From Eubacteriales bacterium (GTDB lineage Bacteria > Bacillota > Clostridia > Oscillospirales > CAG-272), in the NCBI GenBank assembly GCA_045638125.1, contig JAZUAS010000046.1, positions 1 to 58,113 of the forward strand: a stretch of DNA of 58,113 nucleotides, written 5' to 3'. Below, piece by piece: positions 24,612 through 34,109 of the stretch (the first letter of the stretch is position 1; each line of letters begins with the position of its first letter). The notes beneath the pieces were generated by a model. It ran no database searches. It was not told the origin of the DNA and was given only the letters and a program-made list of their open reading frames with translations. The translations under genes and the position numbers were made by a program.

Positions 24612-26045
24612 ATGTTTGACGTAGTTGTTATTGGCGGCGGCGTTATCGGCGGTATGATCGCTCGCGAGCTGTCCAAGTATGAGCTTAGCATCTGCATTCT
24701 GGAAAAAGAAAACGACGTTGCAATGGGTGCAACAAAGGCAAATTCCGCAATCGTTCACGCGGGATTCGACGCAAAAGAGGGAAGCCTCAAGGCACTGCTG
24801 AACGTTCGCGGCTCCAAAATGATGGAGAAGGTTTGCTCCGAGCTTGGCGTTAAGTACCAGAGAAACGGCTCTCTCGTTATCGGATTTAACGATGAGGACA
24901 GAGCAACAGTTTTGTCGCTGGTTGAGAGAGGTATCACTAACGGTGTTGAGGGTGTTCGCCTGGTTGAAAAGGACGAGCTTAAGGCTCTTGAGCCCAACAT
25001 TTCGGATAACGCGACCTGCGCGCTTTATGCTCCCACCGGCGCTATCGTTTGCCCCTACGAGCTTTGCATCGCGTCCATCGGTAACGCTATGGATAACGGC
25101 GCTGCTCTTGAACTTGACTTTGAGGTAGCAAGCATCGAAAGAAAAGACGGCGAGTACGTTATCACAAGCAAGGACGGCAAGACCGTAACTGCAAAGTACA
25201 TCGTTAACGCGGCAGGTATCTTCTCCGATAAGATCGCAAAGATGGTCGGTGACAACTCTTTCGACGTTCATCCCCGTCGCGGCGAGTACATTCTTCTCGA
25301 CCGTGAGTGCGGCAATATAATCAAGCACACTATCTTCCGTACCCCCTCCAAGATGGGTAAGGGAATACTCGTTACCCCCACCGTAGACGGCAACCTCCTT
25401 CTCGGCCCTACCTCCGTTGATATGGAGGACAAGGACGACAAGTCCACCACTCCCGAGGGTCTTGGCAGAGTTATCCGTGAGTGCGGTGAGAACATCGAGG
25501 GCGGTCTTCCCGTTGGCGGTAAGTCCATTACCTCCTTCTGCGGTCTCCGTTCCGTAGGCAGCACCGGCGACTTCATCATCAACGTAAACGTAGAGAACGT
25601 AGTTAACGTTGCAGGTATCGAGTCTCCCGGACTTTCCTCCGCTCCCGCAATTGCAGAGTACGTTCGTGACCTTCTCGCAGAGAACGGTCTCGCACTCAAT
25701 GCTAAGAGCGGCTTCAACCCCATCCGTGAGCCCAAGCATCACTTCCGTGAGGCAAGTGTAGAAGAGAAGAACGAGATCATCAAGCGCGATCCCGCATACG
25801 GACGTATTATCTGCCGTTGCGAGACCGTCAGTGAGGGTGAGATCATCGACGCTATAAGATCCAATCCCCCCGCAAGAGATATCGACGGCGTTAAGAGAAG
25901 AACCCGTAGCGGTATGGGTCGTTGCCAGGGCGGATTCTGCGGTCCTTACGTAATGGAGCTTATCGCAAAAGAGAGAAACGTAGCATTTGAGAGCGTAACC
26001 AAGGCGGGCGGCGCGTCCGTAATGGTTTACGGCAAAACCAAGTAA
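24612..26045 (+). CDS. FAD-dependent glycerol-3-phosphate dehydrogenase/oxidase-like protein with C-terminal BFD-like [2Fe-2S] domain
   Basis: 477 aa. It has the dinucleotide-binding motif VVVIGGGVIGG and the C-terminal motif ICRCETVSEGEI...GRCQGGFC. It sits next to glpP. Confidence 0.75.
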   Translation: MFDVVVIGGGVIGGMIARELSKYELSICILEKENDVAMGATKANSAIVHAGFDAKEGSLKALLNVRGSKMMEKVCSELGVKYQRNGSLVIGFNDEDRATVLSLVERGITNGVEGVRLVEKDELKALEPNISDNATCALYAPTGAIVCPYELCIASIGNAMDNGAALELDFEVASIERKDGEYVITSKDGKTVTAKYIVNAAGIFSDKIAKMVGDNSFDVHPRRGEYILLDRECGNIIKHTIFRTPSKMGKGILVTPTVDGNLLLGPTSVDMEDKDDKSTTPEGLGRVIRECGENIEGGLPVGGKSITSFCGLRSVGSTGDFIINVNVENVVNVAGIESPGLSSAPAIAEYVRDLLAENGLALNAKSGFNPIREPKHHFREASVEEKNEIIKRDPAYGRIICRCETVSEGEIIDAIRSNPPARDIDGVKRRTRSGMGRCQGGFCGPYVMELIAKERNVAFESVTKAGGASVMVYGKTK

Positions 26046-26060
26046 TAGGAGGATAAGAAG

Positions 26061-27302
26061 ATGATAACTAAGGAACTTGTAATTATCGGCGGCGGCCCTG
26101 CGGGCATGAGCGCTGCGGTTGCGGCTTACGAGAGCGGCATTCGCGATATTCTTATTCTTGAAAGAGACGTAGCGCTTGGCGGTATTCTCCGTCAGTGCAT
26201 ACATAACGGCTTCGGACTCCACCGCTTCGGCGAGGAGCTTACCGGCCCCGAGTACGCTTGGAGATACGAGCAGAAGGTTAGAGAGCTTGAGATCCCCTTT
26301 AAGCTCAATACCATGGTTCTCGACATCACCCCCGATAAGGTTGTAACTGCAACCAACACCGAGGACGGTATCTTTATGATTCAGGCAAAGGCAATCATTC
26401 TCGCAATGGGTTGCCGTGAAAGACCCAAGGGAGCGCTCAACATCGCAGGCGACCGCCCCGCAGGTATTTACAGCGCAGGTATGGCGCAGAAGCTTGTTAA
26501 CATGAAGGGCTATATGCCCGGTAAGAACGTAGTTATCCTCGGTTCGGGTGACATCGGTCTTATTATGGCAAGAAGAATGACCCTTGAGGGCGCAAAGGTT
26601 CACGCAGTTTGCGAGCTTATGCCTTACTCGAGCGGACTTGCAAGAAATATTGAGCAGTGCCTTAACGACTTCGGTATCCCGCTCCGTCTTTCCCACACCG
26701 TTGTTGAGATCCACGGACGTGAGAGAGTTGAGGGCGTTACCATCGCAAAGGTAGACGAGAGAAGACGTCCCATCGAGGAGACCCGTGAGTACATTCCTTG
26801 CGATACTCTCCTTTTGTCGGTTGGTCTTATTCCTGAGAACGAGCTTACCAGATCTGCCGACGTTTCTATCGACAGAATTACCAACGGCGCATACGTTGAC
26901 CAGGACAGACAGACCGAGGTAGAGGGTATCTACTCCTGCGGTAACGTTCTCCATGTTCATGACCTCGTTGACTTCGTTTCCGAGGAAGCGGAGATCGCAG
27001 GACGCGGCGCGGCTGAATACATCAAGGGCGAGGTTGCAAAGAGCGACGTTAACATCACCGTAAAGGCTGACGGTAAGGTTCGCTACACCGTTCCCCAGAG
27101 AATTACCGCAGAGAAGGACGTTAGCGTTTACTTCAGAGTTGCTGACGTGTTCAGAGATAAGAAGGTCACCGTTAAGAGCGGCGACACCGTAATATACTCG
27201 AAGAAGCACCAGAAGCTCGCTCCCGGTGAGATGGAGTGCGTCAAAATCACCGCAGATAAGCTTGTGGGTGTAACTGAACTTACTTTCGGATTGGAGGATT
27301 AA
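26061..27302 (+). CDS. FAD/NAD(P)-binding pyridine nucleotide-disulfide oxidoreductase-like subunit
   Basis: 413 aa. It has LVIIGGGPAGMSAA and a second Rossmann motif VVILGSGDIGL. This is the usual partner of the preceding gene in clostridial glp clusters. Confidence 0.7.
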   Translation: MITKELVIIGGGPAGMSAAVAAYESGIRDILILERDVALGGILRQCIHNGFGLHRFGEELTGPEYAWRYEQKVRELEIPFKLNTMVLDITPDKVVTATNTEDGIFMIQAKAIILAMGCRERPKGALNIAGDRPAGIYSAGMAQKLVNMKGYMPGKNVVILGSGDIGLIMARRMTLEGAKVHAVCELMPYSSGLARNIEQCLNDFGIPLRLSHTVVEIHGRERVEGVTIAKVDERRRPIEETREYIPCDTLLLSVGLIPENELTRSADVSIDRITNGAYVDQDRQTEVEGIYSCGNVLHVHDLVDFVSEEAEIAGRGAAEYIKGEVAKSDVNITVKADGKVRYTVPQRITAEKDVSVYFRVADVFRDKKVTVKSGDTVIYSKKHQKLAPGEMECVKITADKLVGVTELTFGLED

Positions 27303-27389
27303 CGCGAAATATATTTCGCGTTTGGTGCTTTTTACGTCTTTGCGCTTTAAACAAGCGCAATTTCGTTCCGAAACCACGTAAAAATCACC
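27303..27389 (+). other. Highly structured intergenic RNA element (palindrome plus a long stem enclosing two hairpins)
   Basis: CGCGAAATATATTTCGCG (27303-27320). GGTGCTTTTTACGT (27324-27337) pairs 13/14 with ACGTAAAAATCACC (27376-27389). That stem encloses TTGCGCTT/AAGCGCAA (27339-27360) and TTTCG-TTC-CGAAA (27361-27373). Confidence 0.5.
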
Positions 27390-27411
27390 TTTATTTTAAG
27401 GAGTGAAAATT

Positions 27412-27771
27412 ATGAATAAGAGAGAATTAACTTGTATCGTTTGCCCCAGAGGTTGCCAGCTCGTAGTTGAGCTTGAAGGCAAGAACGTCCTCTCGGTCAG
27501 CGGAAATATTTGTAAGCGCGGCGCGGCTTACGCAGAAAACGAATGCACCAACCCAATGAGAACCGTTACCACCACCGCAAAGACCAACGATGGCGGCGTT
27601 GTTGCGGTTAAGACCGAAACCACCATCCCCAAGGAGAAGATGTTCGAGTGCATGGAGATGATCAACTCCGTAACCCTTGAGCTTCCCGTAAAGGTTGGCG
27701 ACGTTGTTCTTGAGGACGTGTTCGGTAGCCGTGTAGTTGTTTGCCAAAACAAGGAAATCGGCGAGAATTGA
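27412..27771 (+). CDS. DUF1667-like small Cys-rich protein (third member of the glp oxidoreductase trio)
   Basis: ATG 27412 lies 8 nt after AAGGAG (the ORF-track GTG at 27403 overlaps the RBS). Translation is MNKRELTCIVCPRGCQLVVE...NICKRG. Confidence 0.65.
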   Translation: MNKRELTCIVCPRGCQLVVELEGKNVLSVSGNICKRGAAYAENECTNPMRTVTTTAKTNDGGVVAVKTETTIPKEKMFECMEMINSVTLELPVKVGDVVLEDVFGSRVVVCQNKEIGEN

Positions 27772-27783
27772 TAAAATACCCAC

Positions 27784-27812
27784 TTGCAATTTTTTTGAAA
27801 ACAGTGTATAAT
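27784..27812 (+). promoter_or_regulatory. Promoter upstream of glpP
   Basis: TTGCAA (27784-27789), 17-nt spacer, TATAAT (27807-27812). Confidence 0.55.
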
Positions 27813-27816
27813 TAAT

Positions 27817-27850
27817 ACGTCCCATCACAGTGGTGGGGCGTATCCGTTTT
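27817..27850 (+). terminator. 5'-proximal hairpin plus U-tract in the glpP leader
   Basis: ACGTCCCATCAC-AG-TGGTGGGGCGT (with G-U pairs), followed by ATCCGTTTT. Confidence 0.35.
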
Positions 27851-27875
27851 AATTAAACGCCGCAGGACGGCTTAA

Positions 27876-28454
27876 ATGGAGATTTTTATGAAAGATTTGG
27901 CAGAGTTTTTCAGCAGTGGCAGAGTAATTTCCGCAACTCGCTCCGACGAGGAGTTTTTGCGCGCAGTAAAGGCGGAGCCTCAGATCATTTTCGATCTTGA
28001 TCCTGACCTTATGAACATTTCCGCAAAGGTGAAAAAAGCACACGATGCAGGCAAGAAATATCTGCTTCACGTCGATCTTGCCAAAGGACTTGGCAAGGAT
28101 GAGAGTGGCATTAGATTTCTCGGACGAGTCGGCGTAGACGGAGTAATCAGTGCCAAGGTTGGTATTATTAAGCTTGCCAGAGAGCAGGGACTCCATACGG
28201 TACAACGCTTTTTTATCGTGGATTCGCATTCAATATCCACCACGGTAGACGCAGTAAAATCGGCTAAACCCGAAATGATCGAGATCATGCCCGGAACGCT
28301 TTGTAAGGTAATAGAAAGAATAAAAGGTAGTGTGGATATTCCGATAATTGCAGGCGGTCTTATCGAGACCGAGACCGAGGTTGCAGAAATCTTGGCAAGT
28401 GGCGCGACTGCAGTATCTACTGCAAGACATGAGCTTTGGAACATAAAAAAATGA
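27876..28454 (+). CDS. glpP: Glycerol-3-phosphate-responsive antiterminator GlpP
   Basis: About 190 aa. It has VISATRSDEEFLRAV...IIFDL...LHVDLAKGLGKDESGIRFL...DGVISAKVGIIKLAREQGL..VQRFFIVDS...IEIMPG...IPIIAGGLI, collinear with the GlpP family. An alternative start is ATG 27888 (after GGAG). Confidence 0.85.
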   Translation: MEIFMKDLAEFFSSGRVISATRSDEEFLRAVKAEPQIIFDLDPDLMNISAKVKKAHDAGKKYLLHVDLAKGLGKDESGIRFLGRVGVDGVISAKVGIIKLAREQGLHTVQRFFIVDSHSISTTVDAVKSAKPEMIEIMPGTLCKVIERIKGSVDIPIIAGGLIETETEVAEILASGATAVSTARHELWNIKK

Positions 28455-28511
28455 GTTTTGTGCGTTAAAAATCCTCCGTGGCTTTAAATTCACAAAATCG
28501 TTACAAATTTC

Positions 28512-28540
28512 AAAAAGACCGCTTCGGCGGTCTTTTTTTT
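28512..28540 (+). terminator. Rho-independent terminator after glpP
   Basis: GACCGC-TTCG-GCGGTC followed by T8. Confidence 0.85.
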
Positions 28541-28737
28541 GCGTTTTCAACGTGTTTAATTAAGTCTTGACGCGAGGGACAAGCCCTGCTTGCAGGTGTT
28601 TTTGCATGAAAATTGTCATATGCCGAAAATGCGAAGTTTGCTCCATAAATTCTAATTTATACAAGGCAAAAAGTTTGAAAAGTGCGAATTTTTTGGCAAT
28701 AATTATTTAAATATATAAGATATATTACAAAGTTTGC

Positions 28738-28766
28738 TTGACAAAGATACCATTGGATGTTATAAT
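28738..28766 (+). promoter_or_regulatory. Strong promoter of the surface-polysaccharide locus
   Basis: TTGACA (28738-28743), 17-nt spacer, TGt-TATAAT (28758-28766). Confidence 0.7.
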
Positions 28767-28840
28767 ATAATTTGCATGATTGCGCACACTAACATTTTTT
28801 AATACATTTTTAATTAGCCACAGAAAGGTGAAGAGCAGAT

Positions 28841-30046
28841 ATGAACATCAAGTTTTCCCCCCCGGATATTTCCGAGATCGAGATAGAAGAGGTTGCCGCG
28901 GCACTGCGCTCCGGTTGGATAACCACCGGTCCCAGAACCAAGAAGCTGGAAGCTCAAATTGCCGAATACGTTGGCACAAATAAGTGCGTATGCCTCAATT
29001 CCCAGACCGCCTGTGCGGAGATGGCGCTTCGTGTTCTCGGCATTGGCGAGGGCGACGAGGTCATAACCAGTGCCTATACCTACACTGCGTCTGCTTCGGT
29101 CATTTGTCACACCGGAGCAAAGCTTGTGCTTGTGGATACCGCCCCAAATTCATACGAAATGGACTACTCAAAGCTTGAGGCGGCTATAAACGAGAAAACA
29201 AAGGCAATAATCCCCGTCGATCTTGGCGGCGTACCCTGTGATTACGATAAAATTTTTGAGATAGTCAATAAAAAGCGCAATATGTTCAAGCCCGCAAACG
29301 AGATTCAGGCGGCTATGGGCAGAGTTGCGGTTATGGCAGATACCGCTCACGCTTTCGGTGCGTCTTGGCACGGAAAGATGCTCGGCTCGGTTGCCGATTT
29401 CTCCAGCTTTTCATTCCATGCGGTAAAGAATCTTACTACCGCAGAGGGGGGGGCTTTGACTTGGAGAACAATTGAGGGCATTTCCGACGAGGATATATAC
29501 AAAAAGCTCCAGCTCCTCTCACTGCACGGCCAGTCCAAGGACGCTTTGGCAAAGACTCAGCTTGGCGCGTGGGAATATGACATCGTAGGCCCGTTCTTCA
29601 AGTGCAATATGACCGATATTATGGCGGCTATCGGGCTTGGTCAGATGCAGAGATACCCCGCAATGCTTGAAAGAAGACGCGAGATAATCGCAAAGTACGA
29701 TGCGGCACTCACGCCCCTCGGAGTTGAGGTGCTTGATCATTACAAAGATAATCACACCTCGTCAGGTCACCTCTATCTCACCAGAATTCCGGGTGTTAGC
29801 ATCGAGGAGAGAAACGAGATCATAATAAAGATGGCAGAGCGTGGAATCGCCTGCAACGTCCACTATAAGCCCCTGCCCATGCACACGGCTTATAAAAATC
29901 TCGGCTTTGACATAGCAGATTACCCCAATGCATACGATAGATTTAAAAACGAGATCACTTTACCCCTCCACACCTGTCTTACCGACGAAGAGGTGGACTA
30001 CGTGATCGAAAATTACGTTGAGATAGTTAAGGAGCACATAAGATAA
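28841..30046 (+). CDS. DegT/DnrJ/EryC1/StrS-family PLP-dependent sugar aminotransferase
   Basis: 401 aa. It has FSPPDISEIEIEEVAAALRSGWITTGPRTKKLE...SFHAVKNLTTAEGGA (the Lys of the SFH.(X)K motif). Confidence 0.85.
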   Translation: MNIKFSPPDISEIEIEEVAAALRSGWITTGPRTKKLEAQIAEYVGTNKCVCLNSQTACAEMALRVLGIGEGDEVITSAYTYTASASVICHTGAKLVLVDTAPNSYEMDYSKLEAAINEKTKAIIPVDLGGVPCDYDKIFEIVNKKRNMFKPANEIQAAMGRVAVMADTAHAFGASWHGKMLGSVADFSSFSFHAVKNLTTAEGGALTWRTIEGISDEDIYKKLQLLSLHGQSKDALAKTQLGAWEYDIVGPFFKCNMTDIMAAIGLGQMQRYPAMLERRREIIAKYDAALTPLGVEVLDHYKDNHTSSGHLYLTRIPGVSIEERNEIIIKMAERGIACNVHYKPLPMHTAYKNLGFDIADYPNAYDRFKNEITLPLHTCLTDEEVDYVIENYVEIVKEHIR

Positions 30047-30708
30047 TGACTTACCGTTTTTTTAAGAGATTTTTTGACATTGTGCTGTCCTTGGCGGCAT
30101 TGCCCTTTGTGCTTTTGATAATTGTGATCTTCGCGCCCATCATCTATTTTACCGATAAGGGCCCCGTGTTTTATAACGCAGAGCGTCTCGGATACAAAGG
30201 AAAGACCTTTAAAATGTATAAGCTTCGCTCAATGAAGGTCAATTCTCCCAATCTCAAAAACGCCGACGGTTCTACATACAACGGTGCAAATGACCCCAGA
30301 GTTACCAAGGTCGGTCGCTTTATGAGAAAGACAAGCATAGACGAGTTCCCCCAGTTTATCAACGTGCTCAAGGGTGATATGAGCTTGATAGGCCCTCGCG
30401 CACACCTTACTACCAACTACAAGGGCTATGAGCTGCTTGACGAGCCTCACCAAAAGCGTCTTGACGTGCGCCCCGGTATCACAGGATACAGTCAGGCATA
30501 CTACCGCAACTCGGCAACAAGTCAGCAGAAGATGGAGCACGACGTTTATTATGCAGAGAATGTTTCGCTGTCGCTTGACGTAAAGATCCTCTTCAAAACC
30601 GTGGCATCTGTATTAAAGCGTGAAAATATATACGTTACCGAAGCCTCCACACAGGGCAAGGAGGCAACCGTGGTAGAAGAAAAGCAGACCACCGAGGCAG
30701 GTAAATGA
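30046..30708 (+). CDS. Undecaprenyl-phosphate sugar phosphotransferase (small PglC/WbaP-C-type priming enzyme)
   Basis: 220 aa with one N-terminal TM. It has GPVFY..ERLG..GK.F.MYKLRSM, DPRVTKVGRFMRKTSIDEFPQFINVLKGDMSLIGPR and PGITG. Confidence 0.85.
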   Translation: MTYRFFKRFFDIVLSLAALPFVLLIIVIFAPIIYFTDKGPVFYNAERLGYKGKTFKMYKLRSMKVNSPNLKNADGSTYNGANDPRVTKVGRFMRKTSIDEFPQFINVLKGDMSLIGPRAHLTTNYKGYELLDEPHQKRLDVRPGITGYSQAYYRNSATSQQKMEHDVYYAENVSLSLDVKILFKTVASVLKRENIYVTEASTQGKEATVVEEKQTTEAGK

Positions 30709-31892
30709 TGAAAAAATTATTGATTATCGGCGCGTCAATTCTTCAGCTCCCCGCAATAAAGAGGGCGAAGGAAATGGGATTTTACGTTGGCGTGGTCGAT
30801 TACAACCCGCAGGCGGTGGGAATACCGCTTTCCGACGAGTTCTTTTGCGTCAGCACCATTGACGTGGAGGGAGTTGTGGCAGTTGCCGAGGCGTTTAAAC
30901 CTGACGGCATAATGACCCTTGCCACCGATATGCCAATGCGCTCAATCGCGGCGGCTTGCGAGAGGCTGGGATTGCCCGGAATCTCCCGCGATACCGCCCT
31001 CAAGTCCACCGACAAGGGCGAGATGATAAAATGCTTTGAGGAAAATGGCGTGGAGCACCCCTGGTATTTCATTCTATCCTCAAAGGACGAGCTTAATAAA
31101 ATAAGCGAGAAAATTACCTATCCCTGCATTACAAAGCCTACCGATAATTCGGGTAGCCGAGGAGTGATGCTGGTACATAGCGAAAAGGAGCTTCTCGATG
31201 CCGTTGCTTACAGCTCCGAAAACGGACGCTCGGGCGGTGTCATCGTTGAAGAATATATGAGAGGTCCTGAGGTCAGCGTTGAGATCATCGTGGCAGAGGG
31301 AGAGCCTCATGTGCTTCAGGTCACCGACAAGCTGACTACCGGTGCGCCCCACTTCGTTGAGATGGGTCACAGTCAGCCCAGCCGACTTGGGGATGAAAAT
31401 CTTGAAAAGATACGCGACCTTGCAAGCCGCGCGGTAAAGGCGGTGGGTATTAAAAACGGCCCCGCCCACGTTGAGATCATTTTGACTGAAAACGGACCGA
31501 AAATGGTTGAGCTTGGCGCGAGAATGGGCGGAGATTGCATCACCACCCACCTGGTTCCCCTGTCAACGGGAATTGATATGATCGAGGCGACGATACGCAT
31601 AGCCTGCGGAGAAATGCCCGATCTTGAACCGAAATTCAGGAAGGGAAGTGCAATACGCTTCCTTGACGCGCCCTGCGGAACAATTACCGCAATAGAGGGC
31701 GCAGAGCAAGCCGCAAAGCTTGAGGGTGTCCGCGAGATCTCCTTTACCAAGGGCGTGGGCGACACCGTGGGCGAGATCGGTTCGTCTACCGACCGCGTAG
31801 GCTTCGTTATCGCACAGGCTGAGGACGCCGCAGAGGCGGTCAAGGTCTGCGAGAGGGCGAAGGACGTTTTAAATGTAAAAACTAATATTTGA
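30705..31892 (+). CDS. ATP-grasp carboxylate-amine ligase (CPSase-like ATP-grasp)
   Basis: 395 aa. It has KPTDNSGSRGV, VEEYMRGPEVSVE and VELGARMGG. Confidence 0.7.
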   Translation: MMKKLLIIGASILQLPAIKRAKEMGFYVGVVDYNPQAVGIPLSDEFFCVSTIDVEGVVAVAEAFKPDGIMTLATDMPMRSIAAACERLGLPGISRDTALKSTDKGEMIKCFEENGVEHPWYFILSSKDELNKISEKITYPCITKPTDNSGSRGVMLVHSEKELLDAVAYSSENGRSGGVIVEEYMRGPEVSVEIIVAEGEPHVLQVTDKLTTGAPHFVEMGHSQPSRLGDENLEKIRDLASRAVKAVGIKNGPAHVEIILTENGPKMVELGARMGGDCITTHLVPLSTGIDMIEATIRIACGEMPDLEPKFRKGSAIRFLDAPCGTITAIEGAEQAAKLEGVREISFTKGVGDTVGEIGSSTDRVGFVIAQAEDAAEAVKVCERAKDVLNVKTNI

Positions 31893-31915
31893 TTTTACGA
31901 AAGGAAGAACCGGTA

Positions 31916-33019
31916 ATGAATTATATAAAGATGATGAATGCTTACTTTGGCTTTTATAATTATATGCGAAAAAAAGCTATTAAACGCTCTGATAGATATA
32001 ACTGTATGCAACGTTTGAGTGCTGAGGCTACGAAACTTACCAAAGAGCAAGAAAAAAAGATCAAAGACTTTTGGGCTCCGTATGAGAACGTTACTACCAT
32101 ATTTCATCAGATGTACTATGAAAAAACCGGTGTTTTTTCCGAAAAGTACATTCCAATAGATGTTTACACTAATGTCATTGACGAGTATTTTAATCCCAGA
32201 AATGAAGGCAAATATATTGATAACAAATGTTATTATAATGCTTTTTTCGGAAAAATCAGACAGCCTGAATTTGCGGTGTTGCGAAGTGGTGGTTTTTGGT
32301 ACAACGAACAGATGCAAATGGTAAATGAAGAAGATGTTGCCAATATAGTAGCAAATGAAAACGAACTTTTCGTAAAGGTCGCAACTGAATCTTATGGTGG
32401 AAAAGGCGTAAAATACATAAATAAAGACAACAACATCGTCGAAGAATTTTTTGATTTTGTTAAAAAAACAAATTGTGATATAATTGCGCAAAGAGCTGTT
32501 AAGCAGCATAAGGATATTGCGGCAGTAAACGAAAGCTCTGTGAATACCGTAAGAATGATATCACTGCTCTCCAAAGATGGTCCCAAAATTTACTCCAGTA
32601 TCTTCCGAGTTGGTATGAAAGGGAAAAAAGTTGATAACTACACCAGTGGTGGACTTACTGTTGGAATCAACGAAAACGGTTTACTTAATAAGTATGCTTA
32701 TAACGATAAAGGAGAACGCTTTGATAAGCATCCTTCTAATGGATTTGTGTTTGAAGGATATGAAATTCCCGGATATAAAAAAGCGAGAGAGCTTGTTATG
32801 AAGGCACATCCTATGATCCCTCATTTTAGATTGGTTTCTTTTGATGTTGCAATTGACGAGAATGGTGAACCGATATTTATAGAAGCAAATCTTTGTAAGG
32901 GTTCAGTTGAAATTCACGAGTTCAACAATGGTCCACTTTTTGGAGAAGACACTAAAATGGTTCTCGATGAAGTCTACGGTATTAAGGATAAAAATATTGA
33001 GGGGTCAGCTAAATTATGA
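31916..33019 (+). CDS. ATP-grasp protein, sugar-transfer-associated type (ATPgrasp_ST/TupA-like), paralog A
   Basis: ATG 31916 follows AAAGGAAG. It has LFVKVATESYGGKGV, TVRMISL and a C-terminal PIFIEANLCKGS (E-x-N). It is collinear with 33016-34086. Confidence 0.6.
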   Translation: MNYIKMMNAYFGFYNYMRKKAIKRSDRYNCMQRLSAEATKLTKEQEKKIKDFWAPYENVTTIFHQMYYEKTGVFSEKYIPIDVYTNVIDEYFNPRNEGKYIDNKCYYNAFFGKIRQPEFAVLRSGGFWYNEQMQMVNEEDVANIVANENELFVKVATESYGGKGVKYINKDNNIVEEFFDFVKKTNCDIIAQRAVKQHKDIAAVNESSVNTVRMISLLSKDGPKIYSSIFRVGMKGKKVDNYTSGGLTVGINENGLLNKYAYNDKGERFDKHPSNGFVFEGYEIPGYKKARELVMKAHPMIPHFRLVSFDVAIDENGEPIFIEANLCKGSVEIHEFNNGPLFGEDTKMVLDEVYGIKDKNIEGSAKL

Positions 33020-34086
33020 GTTTTTACCGTTTAAAAAAGTGTTGTTTTGAATTTTATCACAAGTGCAGAAGAATAGGTATAAAGCGTTTATGGAGAAAAA
33101 GATATAAGGCTCGTTTGAGAAACACTGCCCGCCTTACTGCTGAACATAAAATAAGATTAAAAGAGTTTTATGCGCCATATGCCAAAGTTTCACCTGTTTT
33201 TCATCAAGTATACTATGAGAGCACAGGGAATTTTTCTGAAAAGTATTTACCGGCAGACTTGTATTTTAATGTGATTGACGAGTATTTTAATGACCGATCA
33301 GAAGCCAAATATCTTGACAATAAGTGCTATTACAAAAAGCTTTTTCCCGGTATAAGACAGCCCGAATATGCAATAGCGCGAGTTGGAAAATATTGGTTCG
33401 ACGAAAATGATAATGTGATCAGTTATGAAAAGGTAAAAGAGATAATTTCCAAAGAGAGTGAACTTTTTATTAAAGTGGCAACCGATTCTTGCGGTGGCAG
33501 TGGCGTATCTTATATAAGTCGCGAAAAAGGCGATATGGTTAATCAGTTCGAGAAATTTGAATGCAAAACTGATTTCATTGCTCAAAGAGCTTTGCACCAG
33601 CATAAGGATATGTCGGCTATTAACGAAAGCTCGGTTAATACAATACGTGTTATATCATTTTTGACTGAAGATGAAGTAAAAATATATTCTTCGATTGTTC
33701 GAGCAGGTCAAAAAGGATCAAAATGCGACAATTCCACCGGCGGTGGTGTGTCAATAGGAATTGACGATAACGGAAATCTGAAAAAATATGGATATGAAAT
33801 TTCCGGAAAAAGATATGATAGGCATCCTACAAATGATTTTGTTTTTGAAGGACATCCTATTCCTTCGTTTAACAAAGTAACGGAGTTGGTAAAGAAAGTT
33901 CATCCAATGGTATCCCACTTTAGACTTGTTTCTTGGGATATTTGTATTGCCGAAGATGGTGAACCTGTTTTATTGGAGGCTAATTTGTGCCGAGGCAGTC
34001 TTGACGTTCACCAATATAACAACGGTCCTCTTTTTGGAGAGGATACCAAGAAAATATTGGATGAAGTTTTTGGTAAAAACAAGTAA
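33016..34086 (+). CDS. ATP-grasp protein, sugar-transfer-associated type, paralog B
   Basis: 356 aa. It has LFIKVATDSCGGSGV, TIRVISF and PVLLEANLCRGS. The start overlaps the previous stop (ATGA). Confidence 0.6.
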   Translation: MSFYRLKKCCFEFYHKCRRIGIKRLWRKRYKARLRNTARLTAEHKIRLKEFYAPYAKVSPVFHQVYYESTGNFSEKYLPADLYFNVIDEYFNDRSEAKYLDNKCYYKKLFPGIRQPEYAIARVGKYWFDENDNVISYEKVKEIISKESELFIKVATDSCGGSGVSYISREKGDMVNQFEKFECKTDFIAQRALHQHKDMSAINESSVNTIRVISFLTEDEVKIYSSIVRAGQKGSKCDNSTGGGVSIGIDDNGNLKKYGYEISGKRYDRHPTNDFVFEGHPIPSFNKVTELVKKVHPMVSHFRLVSWDICIAEDGEPVLLEANLCRGSLDVHQYNNGPLFGEDTKKILDEVFGKNK

Positions 34087-34109
34087 AATGGTTAAATATG
34101 AGGTAACTT

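Noticed and set aside
24402-27377. 991-aa minus-strand ORF, the third longest in the ORF track
   Set aside because: It lies antisense to three well-supported plus-strand genes (24612-27302), each with clear cofactor motifs and an RBS. Its translation is low-complexity (L/V/A/N/S/C-rich) with no motif, no RBS and no promoter. It is a typical shadow ORF of codon-biased genes.
28602-28779. Searched the polysaccharide-locus promoter region for flanking inverted repeats (a Bacteroides-style invertible capsule promoter)
   Set aside because: Only a short direct repeat (TTTGCATGA at 28602 and 28771) was seen. There are no inverted repeats and no nearby recombinase.
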